Assembly: GCA_001687465.1 (NCBI GenBank)
Contig: LVLI01000033.1
Coordinates: 1 to 64,000 of the forward strand
Reading direction: 5' to 3'
From: Halocafeteria seosinensis
Lineage: Eukaryota
DNA length: 64,000 nucleotides
This document shows positions 21,525-34,000 of the stretch, piece after piece (within the stretch, counting starts at the first letter, position 1; each line of letters begins with the position of its first letter). A model generated the notes under the pieces. It saw nothing but the letters and a program-made list of their open reading frames with translations, was not told the origin of the DNA and did no database searches. Made by a program: the position numbers and the translations under genes.

Positions 21525-24500
21525 CTACACTTTTCTACTTTCTTTCCTGACGCTTCTGCGTGAAGTAACTGGACGGAGCACCTCGTTCAATCGATTTTCT
21601 ACGGTCTCGCGGGAGTGACTTCGCTCACGTCGACGAAGAGCACGTTGAGAATCTTGGGGTGATAAGTGAAAGCGGTCATTGTAGTGAAGAGATTTGCGCG
21701 TAACATTGCCAGACTGCAGTGCAGAAGTCTCCAGAATGGTTTCTCTCTTTCGAAAGTTTCTGCGCGTAGTTACCGGACGGAGCACTTCGTTCAACCGGTT
21801 TTCTACAGTCTCGCGGGAGTGGCTTCGCTCACGTTGAAGAAGAACACGTTGAGATTCCTGAGGTGTTATGTGAAAACCGTCATTGTAATGAAGCGATTTG
21901 CGGTGACCTTCGAGAGACTGACGTCCTCGAGATCCCTTGGTGGTTGTTCGTGTCCTACGTTCGGATAATGGGGGCGGAGTATGTGACTCCAGTCTTCGAT
22001 GTTTCCGTCTCCGTGCACATTTACCGGGACAGCGCGAGAGCAAAGGAATCCATATACGAGAATACAGGAACAAGACCGCACCGGGTACGAGGTAAATGCC
22101 CGAGCAAACAACCAAGATAAGAAACGCTACATTAAGCGAAATTGCCAAGATGAGAACTCCTCCTCCATCATTGGCAAATTGGTTACGCAGTCCTAAACGA
22201 TGAGTTCTGCCGAACGATATACTCCCTAGCCATACAGATCCGCACATAGTTACAATCTTGAATAATTCCACATAGTTCAAGACTGGCATCTTGTACGGTC
22301 TAAGAGAGTTCAGGAGTCCATACGATGCAGTTAGTATAGTAATTGTAAAAGCCATCTGCTCCAGTGCGTCGTCCATAAAAATAGCCACTAGTAACAATAG
22401 TACCTTCCTAGTCATGGCAACTGCAGGCCACAGGAATCCTTTCCGTTCCTTGCGATATCCCTCGATAACCTTGTTGAACTGTTTAGCCTGTGCTCCGAAC
22501 GTCTTCCGAGACTGCCTCCACAAGTAAGCGGACATCGCGAGAGGAAAGCCGACAACAAATAAAACCAGAGTAGTAGTACCTACGGCCATTAGCGTCTGCG
22601 ACTTGGTACTACCTGTCTTGATATGTAAATCGTTTTCATGTCGCCTCGCGGATTCAATTTCGTAAGGATAAATCCTTATAGCCTCCAGGGCTGCCGAAGT
22701 GACTCCCATATGGGCTACACCTAACAAGGTGACAAGCGACCTGAAGGCATTCTGCGTTACTAGCGAGAAACTAACTAGCCTTTCCCTTTGCAAAAAATGA
22801 ATACACCATAGAATCACCACCGAAATGAATGAAAGTACCCATGGAATTGACATACTGATAAGGGAAGCCTCAAAGAACCCAATGTCTGCTGTACAGCGAA
22901 CGGCGTCGGCTCGTGAAGGACTAAGCGTTGACCCTTCAAAAATGTTTGAGATCAATCCGTCACGGGAATCACCCAGCGGAGAGACTTGTAAGGAGAGGAT
23001 AACGGAAGCAATCTGCATATAGTCTAATACAAGTAGCGCAAGGAGTTGTAAGGCTTTCGGGTTTTCTGTGCTTTGTTCGTCAGCTGAAAGTATGCGTTGT
23101 CTTTGTGCACTAGTTTTGTTCCGTGAGTGCCACAATGGGTTGTCAAATTTCGATTCCATAACCGGCACAGAGGGAGCAGAGTATTGGGGATGAGAAATAC
23201 CTGGGGTCCGATCAACCGAAACAGACCTGCCACGAACGCGCAACTCTTCTTCCACATTCTTATCTCGTGAAGCAATGTGTTCAAACTGTGCAGTAAATCC
23301 TCGGTAGTGGCGGAATAGTATGATCGCTACGCCAGAGAAAACTCCCAGTACGAAAGTAAACGTTATAACTGTGTTCCTTGTTCTGTTATCGCAACCAAGA
23401 CAACGTCTGCTGGCTGATTGTACGTATCCTGGCTCGCATACAGCGCACAGAGGCCCAGAATATCCTCTATTGCAACTAACGCGAAAATTTTCAGGATCTA
23501 CTAAGCACGCTTCAGGAGCGGGGCATCGGAAAATATTTCTGACTTCGTCTCGCTCGTTAAACCGTCCTGACAGTGCACAAGTTTCGCACCAGTATCCTGG
23601 TTTCATTCGAAGCCTTCCTCCAAAGCATGTTGCGCCTACTTCGGGACACTTTAAACATTCAGTACGAGAATTGCTGGAGTAGAACCCGCTTGGGCAGTGC
23701 ACGCAGCTGGTTCGAATCGATGGCCTTGGGTTGAAAGTTCCTTCTTCGCAAGGGATACATTCTCCATCTCTTTTATAGAAACCAGCTTCACATAGACAGG
23801 AAGCACTAGGGCCATCGGGGATAGAATGGTTCATTTTGCAAAGCAGACCAGCCTCAAGGATTACAGGTGCCCCCCGAACGGATATGTTATTGACACGTAC
23901 GTCCAGCAAATGGGGCTCCATTTTTGATAAGCGTAACACAAACTCAAAAGATGAGGTCACTCTGCCCGTGCTAACGTGGCTGAAGAACTTTCGCCGTAGA
24001 GCAAAGGACGAGAGGCTAAGGGAGTTCGAAGTAAGCGCAATGTCGAGCAGACTTTCTTGTGTCCCTGGCTCATACCTGTCGACAAGTCTTGCAGTAGCTG
24101 GCGCCCTTCCAAAGTCATCAGCCAAATGAATGGAGATGTCGATAGGAACATCCGGAGTGTAGGGACCGCTTGACACAGTTAACGATGAGCGCGAAGAACT
24201 AGCTGTTCCTGGCAAGAACTCTAGGTGAATTGTCCGCGGAATTACCTCGCTTTCGCTCTTATCTTGTACAACTTTTAGACAGTAATGTAGAACCAACGTA
24301 CTCACCGAGAAGTCGACATTCCCGTCCTCCGTGACCACTATACGCGGGTTGGAAAGATATTCGATGGACAGGGATATCGGAGCGGCTTTACCTGCGTCTA
24401 CGTTAACCAGTGGAGCAACAGAGCGTATCCATGGAGGCACTCGTAGTACGCCGTTTTCCCTGAATGCCTTCAGCGAGTACGTTCGATTATGCCCGGGAGC

Positions 24501-27500
24501 TGACACTGCAAAATTATAAGGGACAAGTTGCACAGTTTTGCTGCCCATATTCAAAACACTTATTTGGACAACTTTGCGCTGGAGAGGCTTCAGCGTTATA
24601 TTGTCAGTAGATTGTTCGCAGATGAATATTGAAGAGACCACAAGGTGCACCGAAATCCATGCTGTATAGCCTTCGGTTCCACTGCTTACTACTGAGAAGG
24701 CGAATGGTGGGACAATGTTGCTCGTCGACCCGTCGACAGCGCTGGTCGCCAAGCGGATCCAATATCTGGAAGACTCACCAACATTTAGCGGCCACGACGT
24801 AAAATATACAGGCACTTGCACACTGTCGTTCGCCATAATACCCCCAGTTTCATATTCCATGGAAATAGAAAATGCGGTCTTGTTTGTATAGATTCGGGTA
24901 CCGTCTGCACTGTAAAATGTCGCTTTCCAGTTTAGGGAGAGCGTGCCTTCATTCCGCATAGTGATAGTTCTAAAAATCGGTATGTCTATACTTGGAGGAA
25001 TCCGGATGACAAAGTCTCCGGAATCAATGCCAAACGATGCTCCTCGAACATCTACAACCCCCATCACATCGAACCTTGCCTCCGCTCGTGAAATAAGATT
25101 GGATGCTCGCAGGTTAACGTTGAATTTAGTCGAACCCAGGGGGAGGCGACTTGGAGTGAACCTTAAATCTTGGAGTATCGCCCTGGAATGCTCTCCAATA
25201 ATTTGGGTGGGTCGTGCAACACTTAGAAAGCTACGAAAGCGCGAGGGTACCGACCATTGGAGAATATTCTCCCCATCTCCAAGGACTATGACAGACCGAT
25301 GGAGGGTGTCGTTGGTTCGCTTCTGTCGTCTGTTGACGACTATATGGAAAAACATGGGCTCCACGACCATTTCGTTTTGCCCCGGCAAGCTTGGCAATGG
25401 TCCACCATATTCGAATGGTAAGTAAACTGACAGTTCAGCGACCATTACGTCTCCATGGGCTAGAAACAACTTTAACGGGAGCAACAGTACGATATTCCTG
25501 AATGGATTAGCCATCATAAGGTGTGATTGAGTGTGCAATATGTCGCTCGCATCGGCCGATAGACGCAGACGAATGCCGTAGCTGAATACATGATATCCGT
25601 TGTCTCCTGTGCAAACACTTTCTTTGCTGATTATGTCTGTCTGAAGAGGAATAGGAAGGTCCAAACTAGACCCAGCAAAACTTCCTGAGCAACCGGAAAA
25701 AATGCTAGACTGTTCGAGCGTCTTCGGGATACCTTGTTCGCATGTAGTTACCAAGGTGACGTTTGAAACTTCAGGGACACAGGTGAGAGTATCAAAGCTT
25801 ACAATGTGAGAAAAATTGTACGCGCCACTTGCAGTCAAGGGAAATGATATTCGAACTTCCGGGAGAAATATAGGAGGGTGCTGCTGGCCTCGCGTCCGAC
25901 TACAGTTAGACTGCTGAGCTGGATGTGTCCTCGATACGGTTGTGCTTGAGAATGTTACTGTAGGGGAGTTCGTTCCGCTACTGGTCGGCGTCGAAGTGCT
26001 AGTGGTTTGAGGACTTCGTGAACTTGATGGGGACAAACTCGGTGTAAGTTTCAATGCTGTCGTACTACCGGGTGCGGTCACAATAGTCGTCGCTGTTGAT
26101 GTACTTGTAACGGTTGCTGATGAGGTCAACCTAGTTGTCGGTGATGTCGTACCGGTAACGGTTGCAGCCGAAGTACTGGTTGCTGCTGATGTGCTTGAAA
26201 CGGATGATGATGACGATTGACTCAATGTAGCTGTCGGTGATGCAGTACCACTAGCGGTTGCAGGCAGAGTGCGTTTGGCGGTTAATGTGTTTGAAACTGA
26301 GGATGATGGCGATGGGCTCAACGTAGCTGCCAGCCATATCGTACTGCTAGCGGTCGAAGTCGACGTGCTTTTTGCGGTTGATGTGCTTGAAACAGATGAT
26401 GATGACGATTGACTCAATGTAGCTGTCGGTGATGCAGTACCACTAGCGGTTGCAGGTAGAGTGCGTTTGGCGGTTAATGTGTTTGAAACTGAGGATGATG
26501 GCGATGGGCTCAACGTAGCTGCCAGCAATATCGTACTGCTAGCGGTCGAAGTCGACGTGCTTTCCGCGGTTGATGTGCTCGAAACTGATCCTGATGGGCT
26601 CCATGTAGCTCCCGGTGATGCTGTACCACTAACAGTTACGGTCGAAGTGCTAGTGGGGCTATACGTAGTTGACCCTGACGCCGAGGCATGTCGTGAGGAC
26701 GTAGGAGAGCCTGTGGCTGTTCCAGATACACTTGGGGTGCTGGTTGGGGTTGGGAGAGGTGGTAGTCCCTGGAATCGCAAAATAGGAAACACGGTTACCG
26801 AATTAACAGCCCAGATACCGTCATCCCAAACTCGTTCCCCCTCGATTTCGTACAGAGACTCACGAATTTCACCCACGTCATCGGAAGTCCCCTCTCTAAC
26901 AAGGTATGAACCTGGGTCTGACCCAATGATCTCTGCTTCAGTCCCCCGGAAGACTGAGTAGCGTACTACGACACTTCCCGTTGGAGGGAACCCATCTGGA
27001 TCGCGTAGTATGCTCCCAATGATACCACCACCATCATTCGACAAAACAACACCCGAGGAATATGTATTGGTTACTAAAACGGTTCCGGAAAACGGAGCTA
27101 CCAAATCCCCTGTGCTCCCGCCACATATCCCTCCGGCAAACTTTCCTCCAACGTCGCCAGTGCTGTAACAATCTGTTACATATACTTCGCCATTAAGTCT
27201 TCCTGCGCCGCCCCCTACAATGCCACCACTATTATCACCTAGAATATCGCCCAAACTGTAGCATTGAGTGATATTCACGATGCCCAACTGATGCCCAGGC
27301 TGGACACCCACAATCCCACCCGCCCACTGTGCTGTTGCCAATATGTCTCCCGTAGAATACGATTGAGTAATGTGCACATGNCCCTGTTCGTTACCAGCAA
27401 GGTTTCCAACTATGCCACCTGCCCACATTCCGAAAATAGTTCCAGTGAAGTAGCAGTTCGATATGCTCACGAAACCGGATTTATCGGCTGCATAAATGCC

Positions 27501-28718
27501 CACGATTCCCCCGCCTCCATATTCAACGATATCCCCAAGCGCAAACGAATTCGAAATACTGATATGTCCTTCTGTTCCACAAAATTGTCCACAAATGCCT
27601 CCAGCGTCCTGACCGATATTTCCTGAGGAGCTGCAAGAGTCTACTATAGCGTATTTTTGCCCTTGTTGCAGTATGAAACCACCAGATGTTGCCGTTTTCC
27701 CGCCTTTCACGTGCACGTTTTGAATAACGGGCGCCTCTTTGATGGATGTGACAGTCTCCTGGATTTGGAACAATCCTTTAAACTCGTCCAAGTCGGTCAG
27801 GTCAATGATGAATCCACCTCCGTCAAAAGTCTCACCTACTGAAAGAGAAATAAAAGCATCTCCACTCATTCTTTGATCCCATATCAGCGTCGGGCACGTG
27901 TTCCAGATTAACTTGTCGTCCACTGAATACTTAAAACATGCATCATTACCATCAATAATATCTGACCGCAAGTCTAGCGGGTCTGTTCCTGCAACCACCG
28001 GCACCCTTGAGCCACACATAAGCAACAATACAAAACTTAGGAGCATCATCATGGTTCCTGTCGTTGGCTGTTTGACAAGAAGACTGTAAGTCGGGAGAAT
28101 CCCCAGTCGAAGGGAATGGGCCATTACTCCAGCTGTTCCAGAAGCGCAAATCCTTCCCGGGGTAAAAATACACATGATATGGTTGTACCATGTTGCATAC
28201 AGCATAAACATGCATGCAGGGACAGAGAAGGCTGTTGCTGCTGCTACATTGCATAATTTTCTGAGAAACGACAAAACGTTCCCAGAGGCTGCCTCGGTTC
28301 CTGTCGCGCTGTATGTCCCATGGTCCCCTTCAGGACTACCATCCTTCTGTAACCGCATACTGCCTACCCATTGTGAGCCAACCATTGCCCTAGCGGTGCA
28401 CGTTATACTATAATCATGCCACGCTGCTTTCAGCTCTCTTCCACTTCCGGTTACGTCTTTCACAGCGTTCCTTCTCAGACCCGACAAGCGGTATGAGAGG
28501 CGCATTAAGCTATACTCACTCGTCCGCACGTAACTAGCGTCATCGAGATGCTCAATGGGGCCATATCGAGCTCCATTAGGTTTCTGACGTGTCTGTGGCC
28601 TGTATTCTGGAGGCTCATTCAACTCCCATACCGCCCGAATAAGTACCACCGCCACTATTATTCTATAGATCCAGACTATATGATATCCCTCAGGCTTGAT
28701 GGGAGAGCAGGGTATCAT
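21525..28718 (-). CDS. giant surface receptor-like protein: GLUG head, S/T stalk, Ig-like/Cys-rich ectodomain, ~9-TM domain, duplicated cytoplasmic tail
   Basis: 2397-aa intronless ORF. GGICG/GGIVG repeats, S/T stalk, CLCEAGFY..CIPCEEG Cys-rich repeats, C..GYSGPLCAVC, LDYMQ, FVVGFP, GFLWP..RKVLL, PYK...N.VE. Signal-like MMMLLSFVLLL at 28052 may be the real start. Confidence 0.9.
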   Translation of the reverse strand: MIPCSPIKPEGYHIVWIYRIIVAVVLIRAVWELNEPPEYRPQTRQKPNGARYGPIEHLDDASYVRTSEYSLMRLSYRLSGLRRNAVKDVTGSGRELKAAWHDYSITCTARAMVGSQWVGSMRLQKDGSPEGDHGTYSATGTEAASGNVLSFLRKLCNVAAATAFSVPACMFMLYATWYNHIMCIFTPGRICASGTAGVMAHSLRLGILPTYSLLVKQPTTGTMMMLLSFVLLLMCGSRVPVVAGTDPLDLRSDIIDGNDACFKYSVDDKLIWNTCPTLIWDQRMSGDAFISLSVGETFDGGGFIIDLTDLDEFKGLFQIQETVTSIKEAPVIQNVHVKGGKTATSGGFILQQGQKYAIVDSCSSSGNIGQDAGGICGQFCGTEGHISISNSFALGDIVEYGGGGIVGIYAADKSGFVSISNCYFTGTIFGMWAGGIVGNLAGNEQXHVHITQSYSTGDILATAQWAGGIVGVQPGHQLGIVNITQCYSLGDILGDNSGGIVGGGAGRLNGEVYVTDCYSTGDVGGKFAGGICGGSTGDLVAPFSGTVLVTNTYSSGVVLSNDGGGIIGSILRDPDGFPPTGSVVVRYSVFRGTEAEIIGSDPGSYLVREGTSDDVGEIRESLYEIEGERVWDDGIWAVNSVTVFPILRFQGLPPLPTPTSTPSVSGTATGSPTSSRHASASGSTTYSPTSTSTVTVSGTASPGATWSPSGSVSSTSTAESTSTSTASSTILLAATLSPSPSSSVSNTLTAKRTLPATASGTASPTATLSQSSSSSVSSTSTAKSTSTSTASSTIWLAATLSPSPSSSVSNTLTAKRTLPATASGTASPTATLSQSSSSSVSSTSAATSTSAATVTGTTSPTTRLTSSATVTSTSTATTIVTAPGSTTALKLTPSLSPSSSRSPQTTSTSTPTSSGTNSPTVTFSSTTVSRTHPAQQSNCSRTRGQQHPPIFLPEVRISFPLTASGAYNFSHIVSFDTLTCVPEVSNVTLVTTCEQGIPKTLEQSSIFSGCSGSFAGSSLDLPIPLQTDIISKESVCTGDNGYHVFSYGIRLRLSADASDILHTQSHLMMANPFRNIVLLLPLKLFLAHGDVMVAELSVYLPFEYGGPLPSLPGQNEMVVEPMFFHIVVNRRQKRTNDTLHRSVIVLGDGENILQWSVPSRFRSFLSVARPTQIIGEHSRAILQDLRFTPSRLPLGSTKFNVNLRASNLISRAEARFDVMGVVDVRGASFGIDSGDFVIRIPPSIDIPIFRTITMRNEGTLSLNWKATFYSADGTRIYTNKTAFSISMEYETGGIMANDSVQVPVYFTSWPLNVGESSRYWIRLATSAVDGSTSNIVPPFAFSVVSSGTEGYTAWISVHLVVSSIFICEQSTDNITLKPLQRKVVQISVLNMGSKTVQLVPYNFAVSAPGHNRTYSLKAFRENGVLRVPPWIRSVAPLVNVDAGKAAPISLSIEYLSNPRIVVTEDGNVDFSVSTLVLHYCLKVVQDKSESEVIPRTIHLEFLPGTASSSRSSLTVSSGPYTPDVPIDISIHLADDFGRAPATARLVDRYEPGTQESLLDIALTSNSLSLSSFALRRKFFSHVSTGRVTSSFEFVLRLSKMEPHLLDVRVNNISVRGAPVILEAGLLCKMNHSIPDGPSASCLCEAGFYKRDGECIPCEEGTFNPRPSIRTSCVHCPSGFYSSNSRTECLKCPEVGATCFGGRLRMKPGYWCETCALSGRFNERDEVRNIFRCPAPEACLVDPENFRVSCNRGYSGPLCAVCEPGYVQSASRRCLGCDNRTRNTVITFTFVLGVFSGVAIILFRHYRGFTAQFEHIASRDKNVEEELRVRGRSVSVDRTPGISHPQYSAPSVPVMESKFDNPLWHSRNKTSAQRQRILSADEQSTENPKALQLLALLVLDYMQIASVILSLQVSPLGDSRDGLISNIFEGSTLSPSRADAVRCTADIGFFEASLISMSIPWVLSFISVVILWCIHFLQRERLVSFSLVTQNAFRSLVTLLGVAHMGVTSAALEAIRIYPYEIESARRHENDLHIKTGSTKSQTLMAVGTTTLVLFVVGFPLAMSAYLWRQSRKTFGAQAKQFNKVIEGYRKERKGFLWPAVAMTRKVLLLLVAIFMDDALEQMAFTITILTASYGLLNSLRPYKMPVLNYVELFKIVTMCGSVWLGSISFGRTHRLGLRNQFANDGGGVLILAISLNVAFLILVVCSGIYLVPGAVLFLYSRIWIPLLSRCPGKCARRRKHRRLESHTPPPLSERRTRTTTKGSRGRQSLEGHRKSLHYNDGFHITPQESQRVLLQRERSHSRETVENRLNEVLRPVTTRRNFRKRETILETSALQSGNVTRKSLHYNDRFHLSPQDSQRALRRRERSHSRETVENRLNEVLRPVTSRRSVRKESRKV
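21540..21905 (-). repeat. 204-bp (68-aa) tandem duplication of the cytoplasmic C-terminal module
   Basis: RKSLHYND..SQR..RERSHSRETVENRLNEVLRPVT occurs twice. The DNA copies are offset by 204 bp (21571 vs 21775). Confidence 0.9.
26190..26590 (-). repeat. 192-bp near-perfect tandem duplication in the S/T stalk
   Basis: GACTCAATGTAGCTGTCGGTGATGCAG occurs at 26219 and 26411; the 64-aa unit is repeated. Confidence 0.9.
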
Positions 28719-29359
28719 CGTAAAGGCCTCTTATCGTGTTGCAAGGGGACACTCCGGGACGGCTACCCGGGTTCAAGGACCACTCCACCCGCTTTCCTTC
28801 ATTAAATGCAGCTCTCTATCTCCATTCACCCACTCATCCTCCTCCAAATATAACAAGATGTCCTTATTGGAGGCATGCACATATGTAACAAGTGTTAAAA
28901 TCGCATTATCGGGTTTTCCTTTTGATGAATGGGGCGGATGGAAATGACCTTCTGGGCGCTCTATTCTACTGCCCGAAACATCGACCTGCCACTATTTGTA
29001 CAAGTAGCATAGTATGATTCGCTTTTGTCCGGACTATCTAACCAGACTCGTCTTTTAAGCGTCCCCCTGCGGCTAGGGAAGAAAAGGGTGCGGAACGGCG
29101 TTACAAGAGAAGTTCCCCGAGAACTACAGTATGGAGCCAATGCTACGGTATTGAAAAAATTAAGGATAGGATAGGAAACCAGTATGTGTGTCGGTACGTA
29201 CGTGTAGTCGGGGGTTAAGAGACCTGTTCTAGCGTATAAAGTGGTGTATGGAATTTGAGACACGTCACTTGGTCATTTGGTGTCTCACAATTCTGATAGA
29301 GGAAACCACATAAATTCTAGGCAAGGCGAACATACTATACAGCAAAGGATCAGAAAATG

Positions 29360-30950
29360 TGATCTCTAGCGTACCGCCTTTCGCGGCTGAACTGGACCGA
29401 GAGCATTGTTCAATCGGTTCTCGATTGCTGCCCTGCGCTGAAGCAACTCATGCACTGGAATCGCAGGGTTCTCCATACGATTCAAAGATCTCCTGCGAAT
29501 TGCGGCGCTTGTCGACTTTGTCTGTTTTGCGTAACTGAACTCTTCGCTTTATTATAATGGTTGACTCTGCACTTTGAAAGAAGAGGCAACAAGAGTATCG
29601 AATACAAGCAAATAACAGCTCCCGGCATAAGATAAAAACCCGCTCCTATCGCCGTTGCCAGGAGAGTCATATTGATACAGAGGACCAGAATCAGATGCCA
29701 ATTTTCGTCGGCGAATGAAGATACTTGTTGAGGATGATGACTCGTTCCACCGAAAAGAACCGTTCCTGCCCATACTGATCCAACACTGGCACACTACTTG
29801 AACAGCTCCACGTGGTTTACGATTGGAACCTGATAGGGTCTCATCGTATTCAATAAAATGTATGAAGCAAAAAGTATGATGGTAGCTACAATCATTTGTT
29901 CCAATGCATCCTCGATGAACACCGCAACAAGCACTAGCAGCACCTTTCTCAACATTGCGATTGGAGGCCATCAGAAGCCTGTCCTGCGCTTGTGATAACC
30001 ATCAGTTAAAGTGTCTTACTGTAGCGCCTGAGCTTTCGGCATTTTAATCCAGGGTCATAGCAGATAGATAGTGACTGCACCGGGAAATCCGACGACAAAG
30101 AGTACAACTGAAAGTATTTCCGACGCTCTTAACAATTGAGACCTAGCGCTTCCTACGTTGAGGTCAAATGCGTGCTCATGACACTTGACAGAGTCGATTG
30201 CATAAGGATAGAGCTTCATGGCCTCCAACGCCGCAGATGCTACACCAACATGGACTACACCCAAGAGTGTGACCAGCGACCGGAAAGCATTTTGCGTTAC
30301 CCAGCACAAAGGAGCCGAGTTTTTCTTCATGAAGTGTATAGTCCACAACATGGAGACCGAGAAAAGCGAGATTAATCACGGGAGGGACATTGTCACCATT
30401 GACGCTTCAAAAAATCCAATCTCTACGGCACAACGCACATGGTCCACTTCCGACGGGCTCAGGGTTAACGTGCAAAATCAAAAATGTTATGATAACTCTC
30501 CTTTTGTCGGTCTGGCGAAATCTTCAGTGAGAGAATAACAAGAGTCATTTGCATATAATCTAGTACAAGTGATATGAGAGGTTGTACTGCCTTTGGGTTA
30601 CCGGGACTCTCGGAATGGATACGAGTCACATTAGGTTGGGACTGGTTTTGTCCGATTACCAAACTTTGACTCCATCTAAATGACGAAGAATGCTCGTTTT
30701 GCGAGCCATTGTTTCACAGGCAAGTTGCTGAAAGCGACGGGTCTAAAGGAACCAGCGCACCGCTTCCGCAACTTTTCTTCTATCACTTTATCCTCGACGA
30801 AGATATTCTCAAATTGTTCGGCGAGACCTTTATAACGCCGATATAAGACCACAGTAATTCCACCTCCGAACAATAGTACCAAGTCAACGGCGACGAGGGT
30901 GTTCCACGCAATGTTCCAACACTCTAGACAGGCGCCGTGTGCTGATGGGA
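29360..30950 (-). pseudogene. 5'-truncated, frameshifted paralogue of the multi-TM receptor body
   Basis: Fragments SAHGACLEC, NPKAVQPLISLVLDYMQ, VTQNAFRSLVTLLGVVH, FVVGFP, GFYLMPGAV and ENRLNNALGPVQPRK are collinear with 31054..36468 but lie in several frames with stops. Confidence 0.85.
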
Positions 30951-31053
30951 CGTGTGTTCATTGACGTGTATTCTTAGGGCCGAAGATATACGGCCACACA
31001 TCGCGCATTGCTTGCCTCCGACAACCATCACTCTAGGCTTTGATTGCAGGCGT

Positions 31054-34000
31054 TTACATATCACTGTCTTTATACTTTCTCTTCCGCGGCTGAATAGGCC
31101 TGAGCAGTCTGTTTCTACGATTCTCCGCAGTGCTCTGTGAATGACTTCGCTGACGCTGAATTAAGACACGTTGAGACTCCTCCACAGAAAAAGCAACATT
31201 ATTAACGTATTTCAGGGATTTTCTACTAATCCGCGGAGGTCTTTGAAGGTTTCGGTTCAAGCTGATAGGCCTAAGTGACCCGGTATGACGACGTTCACTT
31301 CTAAATTTCTTAGTTCCGCAACGTGATAGTACGGGAAGCAAAAGTCGTGAGTACAGGTAACGTATGGCACCTGGCATAAGATAAAACCCAACAAAGACAG
31401 CGACTAACACAAATGTGATGTTGAGCAGAGCCACTAACCCTAAGATGCCGGAGTCATGAGTTACTAATGACTCTTGGCTAGGGTGATTGGTGACGCCAAA
31501 CAGCACGCTTCCCAGCCATATAGAACCGAAAGCAGTGGCAATTTTCAGAAGCTCTACATAATTCACGATCGAAACGCGATAAGGCATTACCATATTCATC
31601 AATATGCACGAGGAAATAAGGATGGTTGTCGCAAAAACCATCTGTTCCAAGGCATCTCCAATAAACACCGCAACGAGCACCAGGAGCACTTTCCTCAGCA
31701 TGACAACTGCAGGCCACAAAAATCCTTTTCTGCGTTTGCGATATCCTTCGATTATCTTGTCAAATTGCAGCATCTGCGCTTTAGATGTTTTTCGTAGATG
31801 CCTCAATAAATAAACTGTGACCGCAAGTGGAAATCCCACTACAAACAAGATCAGTGTCAGAATACCGGTAGCTCGTAATACATTTGACTTAAAGCTTCCG
31901 ACTCGGATATCCAATGCGTGCTCATGACGCTGTACAGACGCAATCTTGTAAGGGTACAGCTTCATGGCTTCCAGCGCGGCAGATGTTACACCCATATGGG
32001 CCACACCCAGTAGTGTAACCAGCGACCGGAACGTGTTTTGCGTGATCGACCATAAGGAAACAGATTTCGTCTTCTGTATGACATGAATGATCCACAAGAC
32101 AATCATACAGAACATAGAAATTAACAAGGGGAGAGACATAGTAATCAGCGAAGCCTCAAAGAATCCAATTTCGGCCGTACATCGGATTGGGTCTGCTCTC
32201 GAAGGGCTTAACGTTGACACATCGAAGATACCCTGAAGAGCATCGCCCGCTGAATGATTCGCCAAAGGCGAGATCTTCAATGACAAAACGGCTGAACAAA
32301 TTTGCATGTAGTCCAAGACGAGCAAAATAAGCAGCTGCACTGCTTTCGGGTTGTCAGAGTTAGTGGTGATGTCAGCTGGCTCCGCATTAATCTGCTGAGG
32401 AAGAGTCTTCTGTTTCGAGGACCAGAGCGGGTTCTCAAATTTTGACTCCATCTTTGATGGAATGCCAAACAGGTATCCAGAAGCAGGCTTAAAGCCAACC
32501 ACTTTTGCTCTTTCCCCAGACACAGAACGGCCCCGCAACTCCTCCTCAACTACTTTGTCATGTGATAAAACGTCCTCAAACTGTCCAGCGAATCCCCTAT
32601 AATGACGATGTAGAATTAATATAATGCCTCCGATAACAAATGTCATAAGACTGACGGTAATTATGCTATTCCATAGACTGTTTTCGCAGTCTAGGCAGTA
32701 GCCGCTCGCAGACTTGATAAAGCCCTGCTTACACACAGAACACAGTGGGCCAGAATAGTGGTCGCTACAGTTGACGAAAGCCTCTTCCGGATGCACAATG
32801 CAAGCTTCCTGGATGGGACAACGGTGAACCTTTCCAAACCTTTCACCAGCGGGTCGTTCGAATGACGACACGTGTGTACAGCTTTCACACCAGTGGTGAG
32901 GAAGCATTCTGAGTTTTCCTGCTCTACACGAAAAACCTTCGTCGGGGCATTTATGACACTCTGCACTAGCAGCCGGGGAATACAAGCCGTCTGGACACTG
33001 AAAGCATCTGCTACGGTCCGAAGGAAGCGGGTTGTGCCTGCCCTCGGGACAAGGAATGCAGGTAGAAGCCTCGGAGAAGAAAAATCCCGCCTCGCAAGCA
33101 CAGTGCCTTCCATTTTCAGTGTCTACTGAGTGGCTCCCATTACATGCTAGGATCGCAGTCAGGGTAACAGGTGCTCCTCGGATAGAGACGTTCTTAAGTC
33201 GTGCATCTAACATGAACCGTCCCAAATGAGGTAAGCGAAGGTTGAATGTAAACGATGAGACAATGGTTTCCATCCTGATATGGTTAATAAACCTGCGCTG
33301 CAAGTCTAACGCTGACCACGTCACTGTTTTTGACCGAAGTTCGAGAGTCAAATGGCTTTCTTCGTCCGTTTCTAAAGCGTTTTGACCCAGCATTGCTGTA
33401 GCCGCGCTATTTCCAAATATATCCACCAATTGTACAGCAACTTCTATGGACTTGCTCAGGGGGTAAGGTGGAGGCGGAACAAAGAGTCGCGACAGTGAGG
33501 AAGTTGCCGTTCCACTGCAAAGCGATACACGAATTTGTTGAACAATACTTTCAATTTTGGCCGCATCCGCGTCATAGGAAGACACATAGATGCTAAACTG
33601 TAAAACGAAGTCCCTATCCGGCAGGTTGACTTCTCCTTCCTCGACAGAATTCAAAAACAAGGCGTGTGAGTTGTATTGTACTTCGATGCTGAATCGATTG
33701 GTTTGTTTCGACTCGATCGCCATCGACACTTGGGAAACCTTAATCCACCGAGTAACTTGAAAAGCATCGAGAGTAATCAATTTGAATGTCTTTCCAAGGG
33801 ATGGAAAGTGCATGGAGAAGTTATTGACGGTCGCTTTGATCGGATTTGTACCCGTGTTGACAACACTGAATTTTGCGCTCTTAATATTTCTTGGTCTGAG
33901 AAGCATGCTTTCCATGTTTTCCGCACAAACAAATACTGAAGAAACGACTATATTTACACGAATCCATGTAGCGGCAGTGGCATTCGTGGTCCATATACCT

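Noticed and set aside
21525..23400. Calling the receptor body a 7-TM adhesion GPCR
   Set aside because: About nine hydrophobic segments are counted, and no GPS/GAIN cleavage motif is visible before the first TM.
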